NCBI GenBank assembly: GCA_036788155.1
Contig: DAIQNY010000001.1
Span: 1 to 50,187, forward strand
From: Actinomycetota bacterium
GTDB taxonomy: Bacteria > Actinomycetota > Thermoleophilia > UBA2241
DNA: 50,187 nt
Direction of reading: 5' to 3'
Part shown: piece by piece, positions 48,536-50,187 of the stretch
Numbering within the stretch: position 1 is the stretch's first letter
How the letters are laid out: each line of letters begins with the position of its first letter
Notes under the pieces: generated by a model
Told to the model about the DNA's origin: nothing
The model's database searches: none
What the model saw: the letters and a program-made list of their open reading frames with translations, nothing else
Program-made: the position numbers and the translations under genes

Positions 48536-48564
48536 TTGACATGCGCCGCAACCCGATGTATACC
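48536..48564 (+). promoter_or_regulatory. Near-consensus sigma70-type promoter (TTGACA-N17-TATACC) for the second YheO-like gene
   Basis: TTGACA 48536-48541, a 17-nt spacer, TATACC 48559-48564, preceded by a T7 tract. About 95-nt leader to ATG 48665. Confidence 0.5.
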
Positions 48565-48664
48565 GTAAGCTCCGGGCTTGACCACTGAGCTGACGCACAC
48601 TGCGCCCTTGACTTGGTCACTCCAGGGGAAGCCAGCAACCGCGAACGATCGGAGCCGTTTGCCC

Positions 48665-49378
48665 ATGCAGCTCGACGCGCGCCTCCAGGCGCTCCTGCCC
48701 GTGGTGCGCGGCCTCGCGGAGATGTTCGGGCCTGAGTGCGAGGTGGTGCTGCACGACGTAGGCAGGCTGCCGCACTCCATCGTCGCGATTGAGAACGGCG
48801 CGGTCACCGGTCGCTCGATCGGGGACGTCCCGACCGATCGTATGCTCCGCAGTCTGCGGAACACGGACAGCCAGGACGTGCGTCTGTACATCTCGTCGCA
48901 CGAGGGCAAGATCCTCAAGTCCCTGGCCGTGACCCTGCGAGACGAAGACGGGAAGCCCTACGGCCTGCTTGGGATCAACCACGACATCTCCGAGATGGTG
49001 CAGGCCCAGCGCGTGCTCGCCGGCCTCACCGCTGTGGGACGACTCGAGGGAAACGGCGCGCCCGAGGCGGGCGAGATCTTCGCCGGCGACATCCGCGACG
49101 TGGTGTCCGGCATGGTCACGCAGATACTCGCCGAGATGGGCAAGAACCCGTCAGTGATGAGTCGCGAGGAGAAGATGGAGGTCGTCAAGCGTCTCGAAGA
49201 GCGTGGCGCCTTTCTCGTCAAGAGATCGGCCGAGCAGATCGCCGAGGCGCTCGACCTCTCTCGGTACACCATCTTCGCGTACCTCAAGGAGATCCGTCAT
49301 CCCGAGAGCGCATCGGCCGTCGCGGCTGGAACGACGCAACAGCCACGTTCCCGAGACTCTGTGAAGGATCCGGTGTGA
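48665..49378 (+). CDS. YheO-like (PAS-like + HTH) transcriptional regulator, paralog of 1555-2178
   Basis: From MQLDARLQALLPVVRGLAEMFGPECEVVLHDV ... SLAVTLRDEDGKPYGLLGINHD ... C-terminal HTH SAEQIAEALDLSRYTIFAYLKEIR. The track start (48578) adds 29 unlikely residues. Confidence 0.8.
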   Translation: MQLDARLQALLPVVRGLAEMFGPECEVVLHDVGRLPHSIVAIENGAVTGRSIGDVPTDRMLRSLRNTDSQDVRLYISSHEGKILKSLAVTLRDEDGKPYGLLGINHDISEMVQAQRVLAGLTAVGRLEGNGAPEAGEIFAGDIRDVVSGMVTQILAEMGKNPSVMSREEKMEVVKRLEERGAFLVKRSAEQIAEALDLSRYTIFAYLKEIRHPESASAVAAGTTQQPRSRDSVKDPV

Positions 49379-50187
49379 GCGGCGGCGGATCCCGTGCGAG
49401 CTTCCGGCCGGACGGCGCCACCGTGAGCGCTCTCTACGAGCTCATCGCCGCCTCAGGAGCGCGCGCTCTGTCCGTCGTCGGCCTCGTCAAGAACGCCGGG
49501 AAGACCACCGTGGTCAACGCGCTCATGGCGAACTGCCCGCACGTGTTCGGGCTCACCTCACTGGGTCTCGATGGTGAGCGCACCGACCACCTCACCGGCC
49601 TCGCCAAGCCCAGCATATCCCCGCCGCCGGGCACGCTGGTCGCCACCACTCAGGGCTCGCTTGACCGCTCGCACTACAGCATGAAGCCGCTTGAAGAGCT
49701 TCCGTTCCACACCCCCCTCGGTCGCGTCGTAATCGGCCGTGCCGCCGGCGACGGGACCGTGGAGGTGAGCGGCCCGACGACGCTCGCGGAGTTGCGCGTC
49801 ACCGTCGATCGGCTGCTGGCGCTCGGCTGCGAGCAGGTGATCGTGGACGGAGCCATCAACCGCCTGGGTAGCGCATCTCCTCGCGTCAGCGACGGCGTCG
49901 TCGTGGCGACCGGCGGAATGGTCGGCGACACGCTGGACGACGTCGTCGAGACCACCGTGGGCGCCCTCGATCTCCTCACACTGCCCGGCGTCGGGCCGGA
50001 GACGCGGATGCTGCTCGCTCCACATGCGGCGGCAGGCGCCCGCGTCATGGCCTTCTCGGCCGGCGGCGTGGCCCACGCGCTGGAGTTGCCGACCGTGGTG
50101 GGGGAGGGGGTCACCGTCGCGCGCGAGGTGCAGCGCCTGGGCGCCGACACGCTGCTCGTCGGCGGCGCCCTCACACAGGAGTTCGTC
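49375..50187 (+). CDS. P-loop NTPase of unknown function, partial (runs off window end)
   Basis: Not in the track because it is open-ended. Frame 1 is open from GTG 49375 to the end, with high third-position GC. Walker A-like VVGLVKNAGKTTVVNAL. The GTG overlaps the YheO-like stop (GTGTGA). I could not assign a family with confidence. Confidence 0.5.
   Translation, partial: MSGGGSRASFRPDGATVSALYELIAASGARALSVVGLVKNAGKTTVVNALMANCPHVFGLTSLGLDGERTDHLTGLAKPSISPPPGTLVATTQGSLDRSHYSMKPLEELPFHTPLGRVVIGRAAGDGTVEVSGPTTLAELRVTVDRLLALGCEQVIVDGAINRLGSASPRVSDGVVVATGGMVGDTLDDVVETTVGALDLLTLPGVGPETRMLLAPHAAAGARVMAFSAGGVAHALELPTVVGEGVTVAREVQRLGADTLLVGGALTQEFV

Overview
High-GC (roughly 70% by eye) bacterial chromosomal segment, densely coding on both strands. 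I support about 40 protein genes. I recognised no rRNA, tRNA, CRISPR array, transposase or integrase. GTG/TTG starts, 4-nt stop/start overlaps, leaderless-looking promoters, MMPL/MFS exporters and an rsmG-parA-parB block suggest an Actinomycetota-like organism, but this is not proven.

Blocks, in order:
- 1-7273 (minus strand): a corrinoid-dependent methyltransferase island. A non-pyrrolysine MttB-family methyltransferase and a truncated corrinoid protein bracket five genes: a tryptophanase/tyrosine-phenol-lyase-family enzyme, sucCD-type CoA ligase, a YheO-type regulator and an aminotransferase.
- 7429-10847: an XRE-cupin regulator, then a MEDS-PAS histidine kinase that appears frameshifted.
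- 10923-21536: exporters (heterodimeric ABC, MFS, MMPL) around an ArsR-PBP regulator and a beta-propeller surface protein.
- 21622-25250: small mixed genes (NUDIX, degenerate GGDEF-like, MBL hydrolase, MscS).
- 25237-31383: a polyprenol-phosphate-sugar type envelope glycosylation cluster (GT2, GT4, flippase-like, DUF2079, PIG-V-like).
- 31900-35356: the most unusual module. It encodes a secreted alpha/alpha-toroid (prenyltransferase-repeat) protein on a Pro-rich stalk, a MotA/ExbB-family proton channel and an ExbD-like DUF2149 protein.
- 35393-43802 (minus strand): parB, parA, rsmG, threonine aldolase, a 689-aa two-domain unknown, an RsbW-like kinase, an AmmeMemoRadiSam radical SAM enzyme and an IMPase-family protein.
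- 43900-48427: a small radical SAM gene coupled to an OmpR/HK pair, then an apparently frameshifted HtrA protease.
- 48665 to the end: a second YheO-type regulator coupled to a truncated P-loop gene.

All family assignments come from reading motifs in the translations. No database search was run.
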